A stretch of DNA of 43,824 nt from positions 1,140 through 44,963 of the forward strand of contig CAYRMN010000006.1 of NCBI GenBank assembly GCA_964425575.1, given 5' to 3'. This DNA comes from an uncultured Gammaproteobacteria bacterium. Its GTDB lineage: Bacteria; Patescibacteriota; Patescibacteriia; 2-12-FULL-60-25. The notes below the pieces were generated by a model that ran no database searches, had not been told where the DNA came from, and saw only the letters and a program-made list of their open reading frames with translations. Within the stretch, counting starts at the first letter, position 1; the number at the start of each line of letters is the position of its first letter. This document shows positions 26,526 to 34,016 of the stretch, piece after piece. Position numbers and translations under genes: made by a program.

Positions 26526-27467
26526 ATGTGTACCTGGTTTCATGATGAGCGGGAAGCGCGTTTCGCCGATCAGTATTTCTTAGATCTCGTCCTGAGGCAG
26601 GATCCACGGCTTTTAGAATGGAGAAGCGAGGGTGATAGATCTAATCTTCATGCTGATTATCTATTACATCAGTTTACGAAAGGCGAGCCCATTTTTGGAG
26701 CAGATCAATATAGAAAACTCGTGGTGGAATTTCAAAAAATTATGCTGTATGGAACGGTCATTCCATATCGGATTCCGTCCGCAATCAACAGTTTAGATGA
26801 AGAGAGACGCATGGAAGAGGCGGTGATCCAGGCACTGCATCTGTTTGAGCCTCTGCGTGCACAAACCCGTTATCCGCAACTTGTACAGAGTATTTTTCAA
26901 AAGTATTGGGAGTTTGCTTTTCAAGAATGCGGCCTCGACCCCTTGATGGGATCTTTGCTCACACCTCAGGAGTTCCAACAGTTTTTAGACGATCCCACGT
27001 CAGTAGATCGTTCCACTCTCTCTAAAAGAGAGGCATGGTGTTGCTTTTGGACCGACGGATTATCTTCAGACATTCACATTACCACGGACCGAGAAGCCAA
27101 GAGAGATTTTGAGATTCCGATCCTATGTATCGAAGCCTCCAATGAGTTACAGGGTCGAACTGTTTATCCGGGGAAGGTGCAAGGAAAGATTCAAATTGTG
27201 AATACAATCGAAGATATGCAGAAATGCTCGCCTGGCTGTATTGTCGTCTCCATCAACACTAGTCCATCAATCATGCCAGTTTTAAAACAATGTGCCGCTA
27301 TTATTACTGATGAAGGTGGCATCACCTGTCACGCCGCAATTGTATCCCGTGAACTTGGAAAACCCTGCATCATTGGTACGAAGATCGCTACCAAAGTTCT
27401 CAAAGATGGTGATAAAGTTGAAGTTGATGCGGAGAAGGGCATTGTGAGAATTTTGAAACGGAATTGA
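26526..27467 (+). CDS. phosphohistidine swivel-domain protein, paralog 4; the N-terminus is interrupted by an in-frame TAG (possibly truncated or a pseudogene)
   Basis: C-terminus CIVVSINTSPSIMPVLKQCAAIITDEGGITCHAAIVSRELGKPCIIGTKIATKVLKDGDKVEVDAEKGIVRIL. The same frame is open from the ATG at 26382 except for TAG at 26427-26429. Confidence 0.65.
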   Translation: MCTWFHDEREARFADQYFLDLVLRQDPRLLEWRSEGDRSNLHADYLLHQFTKGEPIFGADQYRKLVVEFQKIMLYGTVIPYRIPSAINSLDEERRMEEAVIQALHLFEPLRAQTRYPQLVQSIFQKYWEFAFQECGLDPLMGSLLTPQEFQQFLDDPTSVDRSTLSKREAWCCFWTDGLSSDIHITTDREAKRDFEIPILCIEASNELQGRTVYPGKVQGKIQIVNTIEDMQKCSPGCIVVSINTSPSIMPVLKQCAAIITDEGGITCHAAIVSRELGKPCIIGTKIATKVLKDGDKVEVDAEKGIVRILKRN

Positions 27468-27469
27468 AG

Positions 27470-27510
27470 AAGGCTCGCCCGGCGCAGTGCGCAACAGGCG
27501 AGCCTTTGGA
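27470..27510. terminator. convergent-gene hairpin
   Basis: AAGGCTCGCC...GGCGAGCCTT with the inner hairpin GCGCA-g-TGCGC. No clean T-run, so terminator function is uncertain. Confidence 0.4.
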
Positions 27511-27529
27511 GCGGAGTGAGAGCGTTGCT

Positions 27530-28096
27530 TCAGGCGAATTTCAAGAGATCGAGGGTGACGTCGCCCTCATCGCCGAAGAAGAGATCGAAGCCGTCGCCCT
27601 CTTTCAGGGTGACCGTGAGAATTCGTGGATCATGGCAGCCAAGTGCTCGAGCCACGGCGGCGATCAGGGTCGGGTGTCCAACCACGATAGAACTCCAAGC
27701 CCCTTCTCTTTCGATTATTTCTCGAATTCGTGCAGCAGCCGTGTCGGCGCACGTTCTCAAGACCATTCTAGCCGTGCTGCCGCACTCAAAGTACGAACTG
27801 AGTTCGAGGTTTTTGAGTCTGTGACAGAGCGCATCGAGTTCATCTCGTTCTTGCGTGAGAAGCGTCGGATAGAGCTCCATTACCTCAATGTGCTGTGCTT
27901 GCGGAGCGAGGATGTTGATCGCGTGTACATCGCACGGAGCGGCGGCAGATAGTGCGAGCCCGAATGTTGCCGGGTGATGATTCTTGTGCCGCATCATGTG
28001 CGCCGCATCTCTGGAAGTCGGTTCGATATCCTCGCGTATCTCGGCAGACCAGGATGGTCCGGCGCACACGAATCGAATCAAGCATCTTACCGTCAT
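27530..28096 (-). CDS. hypothetical protein; weak by-eye resemblance to the histidine-phosphatase (PGAM/SixA) fold
   Basis: Start at MTVRCLIRF (ATG at 28096) with AGGAGAG 7 nt upstream. VVGHPTLIAAVARALG resembles the C-terminal His motif of that fold, but the N-terminal RHG motif reads RFV. Elevated G+C. Confidence 0.45.
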   Translation of the reverse strand: MTVRCLIRFVCAGPSWSAEIREDIEPTSRDAAHMMRHKNHHPATFGLALSAAAPCDVHAINILAPQAQHIEVMELYPTLLTQERDELDALCHRLKNLELSSYFECGSTARMVLRTCADTAAARIREIIEREGAWSSIVVGHPTLIAAVARALGCHDPRILTVTLKEGDGFDLFFGDEGDVTLDLLKFA

Positions 28097-28183
28097 CGCG
28101 TCTCTCCTGAAGTTTGTGTCGCCAAAAAAGATCAGCGAGCTGCTGATTGATATCACACATTGGCCCGAATGTCGATATTTGGC

Positions 28184-29557
28184 CTATGTTCCTTGTCGTT
28201 TCAACACGATTGCTACCGTTTTTAATAAAATAGCCAGATCCATGAATAGGGAACGATGTTTGATGTAGTACAGATCGTATTGGAGTTTTTTTAAGTTATC
28301 TTCGACATTGCCAGCGTAGGGAAACTTTACCTGGGCCCAACCAGTTACGCCTGGACGTGTAAGGTGACGCAGCGCATAAAAGGGCATTTGGCGGGTCAGA
28401 TCATCGACGAACTTCGGACGCTCCGGACGAGGACCGATCATGGACATATCACCTCGCAGCACGTTCCAGATTTGAGGTAGTTCATCCAAGCGTGTCGCTC
28501 GCAGAAAACTGCCAATGCGTGTAATGCGCGGATCATTTTCAGTAGCCCATTGCGGTGTTCCTGCAGCTTCTGCGTCTTGTCGCATGGTGCGAAACTTCCA
28601 GATAATGAATGGCTTGCCCATTCTCCCAATGCGTTCTTGGAAATACAGAATCGAGCCAGGGGAGCTAAGTTTGATGCCAAGAGCGATGAATGGGAGCAGG
28701 GTCAATGTGATGAGAGCGACGGGAATGGCGAGGACAAGATCGATCCCCCGTTTCATGCTCTCATACCAGGTTTTTTCTCCTTCGCGCAGATGATCCAGAA
28801 ACCATGTCTGAGAGATGTATTCAAGGGGCACACGGCCAGTCAGCGTTTCTTCAAGCACGGCACGATCAAGCAGCGTAACCGGTAAAAACAAGGTTTTGTA
28901 TAAGGCTTCGCTTAAGCCTTCAATGTCTTTTGGATGATGACCCAAGATGACGGTATCGATCCGCTGTTCCTGAATAACAGACTCGAGTTGTGTGATGGAG
29001 GAAAACCATTGAATACGTGAATCTTCAATGCGATTGCCTGGAGCTGTTTCAATCACAGCGACAAGTTCGAACCCGTACGCAGCTTTTTCGAGGAGATGAA
29101 CCATCTTTGAAACGTCTGCCCCTTTGCCAATGAAGAGCACGCGATGTCGGAAGAGCGTATTGGCGATAAAGCGGTTATACCCAAGACGCCAGCCATAGCC
29201 GAGCAGCAGGACGATGGAAAAATATAGAATGAGGTTGGTGCGGGGGGCGATGCCAAAGAAGGGAGTAAGATAGAAAAAAACGAAGGCGATCGTGAGATTC
29301 GCAATCATGCTCTCCAAATAGAGGCGAAAAAAACGAATAGTATTTTCGCTGAGTGTGAGGTCGTATAGCCCTGCAATATAGGATCCAATAACCCACAATA
29401 AACTCACGATCCCGAACGGGAGCGCGTGGAGGCCCCAGTCTTCAGCGCGCATGGTTCCGTAGCGTATCCAAAGGGTCAAAACAAGCGCGAGCTGATAGAT
29501 TGCGACATCTCCAATGACAAGGAGAAAACGCTTCATGCGTATGCCAAAACGGTACAT
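28184..29557 (-). CDS. polyprenyl-phosphate glycosylphosphotransferase (WbaP/WcaJ-type bacterial sugar transferase)
   Basis: Multi-TM N-terminus and a central Rossmann-like region. C-terminal PF02397-type core: FIIWKFRTM, DPRITRIGSFLRATRLDELPQIWNVLRGDMSMIGPRPERP, GVTGWAQV. An alternative start lies at 29536. Confidence 0.9.
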   Translation of the reverse strand: MYRFGIRMKRFLLVIGDVAIYQLALVLTLWIRYGTMRAEDWGLHALPFGIVSLLWVIGSYIAGLYDLTLSENTIRFFRLYLESMIANLTIAFVFFYLTPFFGIAPRTNLILYFSIVLLLGYGWRLGYNRFIANTLFRHRVLFIGKGADVSKMVHLLEKAAYGFELVAVIETAPGNRIEDSRIQWFSSITQLESVIQEQRIDTVILGHHPKDIEGLSEALYKTLFLPVTLLDRAVLEETLTGRVPLEYISQTWFLDHLREGEKTWYESMKRGIDLVLAIPVALITLTLLPFIALGIKLSSPGSILYFQERIGRMGKPFIIWKFRTMRQDAEAAGTPQWATENDPRITRIGSFLRATRLDELPQIWNVLRGDMSMIGPRPERPKFVDDLTRQMPFYALRHLTRPGVTGWAQVKFPYAGNVEDNLKKLQYDLYYIKHRSLFMDLAILLKTVAIVLKRQGT

Positions 29558-29646
29558 AATTGCTTATATCCTCGCATAGAACGGGGCTACAATCAAGGTA
29601 TCTCTGTATCGTCAAGGAGGAGAAGATCAGGTAAACTGGCGTGAGT

Positions 29647-30072
29647 ATGCAGCGCGAGATGCTTCGAACTCTTTTTCGTTTTGTGGTGGTTGGTGGCAGC
29701 GCATTTCTGGTTCGTGCAGGAATCTATGCCCTTCTGTCGCGTTTTTTGTGGCCGCTGGGTTCGCGTATCATCGAAAACGTCCTGGCGATCGTGTGCGCGA
29801 CCGTGTTTAGTTATTTATGTAATTTCGTGTGGACATTCCAGCATCAATCACCTGCGCCCGGGAGTTTTTTTCGTTTCATCGGCGTATCTCTGTTGGGGCT
29901 CTCGATCGACTCGCTGTTGTTCTATGCGCTGCATGTGCGCTTTGGGATCTATGATGGATTCATCGTGGTGTTTAACAGTGCGGCCATTGCATTTTTAACC
30001 TTCCTTTTGCATCGTCGCTTCACCTTTCATGCAGATCCGTGGAGGAAAATAGAAAAAAGTACCCATCTTTGA
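29647..30072 (+). CDS. GtrA-family membrane protein (polyprenyl-phosphate-sugar translocation-associated)
   Basis: FRFVVVGGSAFLVRAGIYALL...NFVWTFQH...LHRRFTFH. Four TM helices in ~140 aa. Confidence 0.8.
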   Translation: MQREMLRTLFRFVVVGGSAFLVRAGIYALLSRFLWPLGSRIIENVLAIVCATVFSYLCNFVWTFQHQSPAPGSFFRFIGVSLLGLSIDSLLFYALHVRFGIYDGFIVVFNSAAIAFLTFLLHRRFTFHADPWRKIEKSTHL

Positions 30073-30094
30073 TTGCTATTGTCCCTGAAATAGT

Positions 30095-30191
30095 TGTCGT
30101 CCGGAGCAAAACGGAGTGACGTCGAGGGATCTATTAAGAAATGTTTCCTTATAGATCCTTCGACTACGCTGTCGCTCCGCTCAGGACGACA
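30095..30191. repeat. family A repeat, copy 4
   Basis: Nearly identical to the copy at 17349-17445. Confidence 0.85.
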
Positions 30192-30244
30192 AATATGCGG
30201 ACAACTAGAACGCTTTGTTGCGCATATGCTAAACTTCTCTGACT

Positions 30245-31258
30245 ATGGCTGAGCAGTTATTTGAACGGAGAAATGTATTGGTAACGGGTGGGGCGGGCTT
30301 TATTGGATCGCATTTATGCGATCAGCTCGTTCAGAAAGGGGCGAACGTGATTTGTGTTGATAATTTTATCACCAGTTCAGTGGGGAACATCGATCATCTG
30401 TTGCGCGATCCTCACTTTGAATTCATCAACCATGACATCACGCAGCCGCTCGACCTCCTAGCCTATCCTGAACTCGAACAGTTTAAAGTACGTTTTCAGG
30501 GTATTCAGGAGATTTACCATCTCGCTTGTCCAATTTCAAAACGACACTTTGATGATTTTAAAATCGCGACTGTTCTGACGAATTCGATTGGCGTTAAAAA
30601 TGTCCTTGATATTGCGGTGGCACAACGAGCAAAGGTGCTATATGCCTCATCGAGCGTATTATATGGACCACATCAGGCCGACCAGCGGCATGTTAAAGAA
30701 ACGGATGAATGCCACCTAAACCACTTAACCACACGTGGTGCCTATGATGAAGGCAAGCGGTTTTCCGAAGCGATCTTGCAAACCTATGCGGACGTCTACG
30801 GTATTGATATTAAGATTGCTCGCATTTTTCGGACCTATGGTCCACGCATGAAGATTTTTGATGGCAACTTGATTCCGGATATGGTCCTCTCTGCGCTTGA
30901 AGGGAAGGATATCGTTTTGACGGGTGACGAAGAAACTCGTGTTTCGCTTGCGTATGTAAGTGATATTGTAGATGGCATGCTGCGGCTCATGTCTACTCCG
31001 ATCGATGTGACGCTGGTGAATCTTGGTTCTGATGTGGAAGTGCGGCTCGTTTCTGTAGCCCAAAAAGTGTTACAGATTACGGGATCAGAATCACGGGTAC
31101 GTTTTGAGCCTCCGCAAGGTACGCCAATCGAGCCAAACCTTCCTGATATTACCCGGGTGCGTGAAATTCTTGGTTGGTTGCCCTTAGTCCGTCTCGACGA
31201 TGGTCTGAAAAAAATGATCGATTACGCCAACTCACATCGTCACCTTATCTCCTTTTAA
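30245..31258 (+). CDS. NAD-dependent sugar-nucleotide SDR, UDP-glucuronate decarboxylase (UXS)-like, paralog 1
   Basis: VLVTGGAGFIGSHLCDQL Rossmann motif. YDEGKRFSE catalytic YxxxK in the UXS-like context. IARIFRTYGPRM. Confidence 0.85.
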   Translation: MAEQLFERRNVLVTGGAGFIGSHLCDQLVQKGANVICVDNFITSSVGNIDHLLRDPHFEFINHDITQPLDLLAYPELEQFKVRFQGIQEIYHLACPISKRHFDDFKIATVLTNSIGVKNVLDIAVAQRAKVLYASSSVLYGPHQADQRHVKETDECHLNHLTTRGAYDEGKRFSEAILQTYADVYGIDIKIARIFRTYGPRMKIFDGNLIPDMVLSALEGKDIVLTGDEETRVSLAYVSDIVDGMLRLMSTPIDVTLVNLGSDVEVRLVSVAQKVLQITGSESRVRFEPPQGTPIEPNLPDITRVREILGWLPLVRLDDGLKKMIDYANSHRHLISF

Positions 31259-31262
31259 CAAT

Positions 31263-32279
31263 ATGCCTACTCCTTTGTTCGATAAGAAGAACGTGCTTGT
31301 GACCGGCGGAGCTGGATTTATCGGATCGTTTTTGTGCGAAAAATTGCTGGCAGACTCACGCGTCATTTGCGTTGATAATTTTTTGACCTCACAGGAGTCA
31401 AATATTGATTCATTGCTCAAGAATCCTGATTTTGAATTTATTCGCCAAGATGTAAATGCTCCATTTGATTTGGAATCATTTCCAGAGTTGGCGCGTTTTA
31501 AGCTTAAATTTCAGGGGATACAGGAAATATACCATTTAGCATGTCCCATGAGCGCGAAGAAGTTTGATCAATACCAAATGCAGACGCTGTATTCCAATTC
31601 GATTGGCATGAAGAACATTCTTGACCTGTCCGTTCGCTATAAGGCGAAGGTCGTGCACGCCTCAACCTCCGTTGTCTACGGGGCGAGGCCAGTCGACGGA
31701 CACTCATTTACAGAGGCGGATTTTGGTGCCGTTGATATGCTATCTCCTCGTGCATGCTATGACGAAGGGAAACGTTTTGCAGAAACCTGTTGCTCTACCT
31801 ATGCTCGCGTACATGGACTTGATATTCGTATCGCTCGCATGTTCCGTACCTATGGTCCGCGTATGCCGCTGTATGATGGTCAAATGATTCCAGACTTTAT
31901 CACTGATGCCTTGGATAATAAGGATTTGGTGATTTTTGGTGATGAAAGTTTTAAGACATCGTTTGCATACGTGAGCGATATTGTTGATGGTCTTATCAAG
32001 TGTATGAATGCCCCGGCAGGTCTTGGGCCTATCAATCTGGGCAGTGATTTGGATGTTTCGTTGGTAGATGTGGCGCAGCGTATTATTGAGATGACCGGTT
32101 CAACATCGCGTATCACGTTTCAGCCGCGACTCCTGTTTATGACTGAACTTGGACTACCAGACCTAACGAATGTGAAAGAAAAACTCGGCTGGCTGCCACT
32201 TGTTGGTTTGGATGATGGTCTGAAGAAAACGATTGATTACACCGTAGCGCACAAGGGTCTATTGAAATTCAGGGTGTAG
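31263..32279 (+). CDS. NAD-dependent sugar-nucleotide SDR, UXS-like, paralog 2
   Basis: VLVTGGAGFIGSFLCEKL, YDEGKRFAE, IARMFRTYGPRM. Colinear with paralog 1 over the full length. Confidence 0.85.
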   Translation: MPTPLFDKKNVLVTGGAGFIGSFLCEKLLADSRVICVDNFLTSQESNIDSLLKNPDFEFIRQDVNAPFDLESFPELARFKLKFQGIQEIYHLACPMSAKKFDQYQMQTLYSNSIGMKNILDLSVRYKAKVVHASTSVVYGARPVDGHSFTEADFGAVDMLSPRACYDEGKRFAETCCSTYARVHGLDIRIARMFRTYGPRMPLYDGQMIPDFITDALDNKDLVIFGDESFKTSFAYVSDIVDGLIKCMNAPAGLGPINLGSDLDVSLVDVAQRIIEMTGSTSRITFQPRLLFMTELGLPDLTNVKEKLGWLPLVGLDDGLKKTIDYTVAHKGLLKFRV

Positions 32280-32296
32280 GATTTGGTCTATCCGGT

Positions 32297-32349
32297 TCTC
32301 TCCTTATCAGGGGAGGATATGAAACGCCTCTTTGAAGATTGAGGGGGTT
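32297..32349. repeat. family E repeat, copy 2
   Basis: CTCTCC-ttatca-GGGGAG...GAGGGGGTT. Compare 14977-15045. Confidence 0.6.
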
Positions 32350-32383
32350 GTCCGCTCCTGCATCTCAGGCTAACCTGTTGTTT

Positions 32384-33064
32384 ATGAAGACTTTCGCGGT
32401 AATTCCAGCGTATCAGGAGGAGACTCGTATTGGACAGACGATTCGGGATGTCCTGCCATACGTGGATCATGTCATTGTCGTGGATGATGGATCGGGCGAT
32501 GCGACGGTTGATCGTGCCAGAGAAGCAGGGGCTGTAGTATTCCGTCACGCCGTAAATCGTGGACAGGGAGCGGCGCTCCGGACGGGAACAGAAGGCGCGT
32601 GTAGACTGGGGGCTGATTTTATTTTACATATTGATGCAGATGGTCAGCATGATGCGAATTCTATTCCAGCGATCATACAGCCTCTCGTTGAAGGAGAAGT
32701 GGATGTTGTGTTTGGATCTCGTTTTTTAGGGGCCGAAGCCCTAGGCATGCCATCGAGCCGACGATTGCTCTTGGGCGTCGCACGGACGTTTAATGCGTTT
32801 GCGGTGGGAGTGCCGCGACGTCTCACAGACCCGCAATCCGGTTTTCGTGGATTTACAGCAGACGCAGCCAAAAAAATTGATTTTCATCAAGACCGCATGG
32901 CACACTGCTCAGAGATTTTACGGCTCGTCACGCGTTCAGATTTACGCTGGCGTGAGGTTCCGGTGGTTGTTCGATATACACAAGACTCTCTTAAAAAAGG
33001 TCAAAAACCATGGGATGCTGCGAAAATTGTGTGGCAACTTTTTTTAGGGGCTTTTACCAATTGA
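32384..33064 (+). CDS. GT2 glycosyltransferase, polyprenyl-phosphate sugar synthase type (Dpm1/GtrB/ArnC-like)
   Basis: AVIPAYQEE...VIVVDDGSGDAT...NRGQGAALRTG...HIDADGQHD...FGSR. Start at MKTFAVIPA (ATG at 32384). Confidence 0.88.
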   Translation: MKTFAVIPAYQEETRIGQTIRDVLPYVDHVIVVDDGSGDATVDRAREAGAVVFRHAVNRGQGAALRTGTEGACRLGADFILHIDADGQHDANSIPAIIQPLVEGEVDVVFGSRFLGAEALGMPSSRRLLLGVARTFNAFAVGVPRRLTDPQSGFRGFTADAAKKIDFHQDRMAHCSEILRLVTRSDLRWREVPVVVRYTQDSLKKGQKPWDAAKIVWQLFLGAFTN

Positions 33065-33069
33065 TATCT

Positions 33070-33408
33070 ATGCTGTTGATTCAAATTTTGTTTATTTTGT
33101 TTTTTATACTAGCGCTCGTTATGACCTGGCGGCGTCAGGGGCAGCGCGTTATTCCGACGAGCGAAGCGCTCGCGTGGTCTTTGATTTGGGTATCTGGAGC
33201 GATTGCAGTGGTATTACCAAACAGCACGACGACCATCGCCCATTTTTTTGGAGTCGGTCGTGGGGCAGATTTTATTATGTATGGGTCGGTCTCCGCGCTT
33301 TTTCTTCTTGTGTTCAAATTATTTATTCAACATGAAAAATTAGAACGAAAGCTTACAGATGTCGTACGTCAAGAAGCATTGCGTGATATCAAAGACAAAC
33401 AAGCATGA
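33070..33408 (+). CDS. small membrane protein, DUF2304-like partner of the GT2
   Basis: 112 aa with three hydrophobic helices and a charged tail. This is the usual position directly after a Dpm1-like GT2. The family call is from memory of that gene pairing. Confidence 0.65.
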   Translation: MLLIQILFILFFILALVMTWRRQGQRVIPTSEALAWSLIWVSGAIAVVLPNSTTTIAHFFGVGRGADFIMYGSVSALFLLVFKLFIQHEKLERKLTDVVRQEALRDIKDKQA

Positions 33409-34016
33409 TGCATTATTTGGGATTTGTTGCTGATGGTGAGGTAGAGGCCTTTCCATCTGACGATCTTATTCGTCAGATTGGATCGATCGATGAAACGCTC
33501 GTTGAACCCTATCGATCAGCGGACATGTTCTGGCGCATGGGGATTGCCGGGTTGACTCCTTTGACGTGTCATCCCCGCGAAGGCGGGGATCTTGTTCCTA
33601 TGCCGAAAAATTCCCGCCTGCGCGGGAATGACAATGATATGGACTGGTATGAATCGGAGCGAAGTCGCATGGCCATGGTTTTGAAAAATTATCAAAGCTC
33701 CACTCTTCTTTTACTTGTAGTACCTTTCCTCGTGATGGATCTTGCTCTATTAAGCATAGCTATTCATGAGGGTTGGTGGCGTGAAAAAGTACGGGCGATG
33801 GTATGGCTATGGAAGCCTTCTACATGGGGCTATCTTCTTAAGCGTCGACAACAGATCGCACATATCCGACAGGTTCCAGATCGTCTTGTCTTTTCAGAAT
33901 TCGTTTCAAAGATGCCTCTTCGTTTGTATTCAACCGATCCAGCGCTGCGCATTATTCAGCCATTTCTTGAGATGTATTTTCAGCTGGTGAAGATGATGAT
34001 AGGGTTTCAGCGATGA
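33405..34016 (+). CDS. membrane protein resembling the C-terminal part of a GT2 enzyme, with a family C repeat embedded in-frame
   Basis: ATGA start/stop overlaps at both ends (33405 and 34013) indicate translational coupling. Residues CHPREGGDLVPMPKNSRLRGNDN are encoded by the repeat at 33566-33633. FWRMGIAG and YESERSRMAMVLKNY resemble GT2 C-terminal motifs. The catalytic N-domain is absent. Confidence 0.5.
   Translation: MMHYLGFVADGEVEAFPSDDLIRQIGSIDETLVEPYRSADMFWRMGIAGLTPLTCHPREGGDLVPMPKNSRLRGNDNDMDWYESERSRMAMVLKNYQSSTLLLLVVPFLVMDLALLSIAIHEGWWREKVRAMVWLWKPSTWGYLLKRRQQIAHIRQVPDRLVFSEFVSKMPLRLYSTDPALRIIQPFLEMYFQLVKMMIGFQR
33566..33633. repeat. family C repeat, copy 2 (inside an ORF)
   Basis: GTGTCATCCCCGCGAAGGCGGGGATC...ATTCCCGCCTGCGCGGGAATGACA. 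The first hairpin differs from copy 1 by compensatory changes. Confidence 0.8.

Noticed and set aside
27464-27952. 162-aa plus-strand ORF overlapping the end of paralog 4 and the 27530..28096 gene
   Set aside because: It starts at a non-ATG codon inside the paralog 4 stop region and reads through the intergenic hairpin. The minus-strand ORF has an SD and a more protein-like sequence.
28097-28183. TCGACA-17-TATCAA promoter-like string upstream of the 27530..28096 gene
   Set aside because: It lies upstream of a small hairpin/T-run (ATCAGC-agctc-GCTGAT-CTTTTTT on the minus strand) that looks like the terminator of the sugar transferase gene. That order of elements is not coherent for a promoter, and the hexamers are weak.
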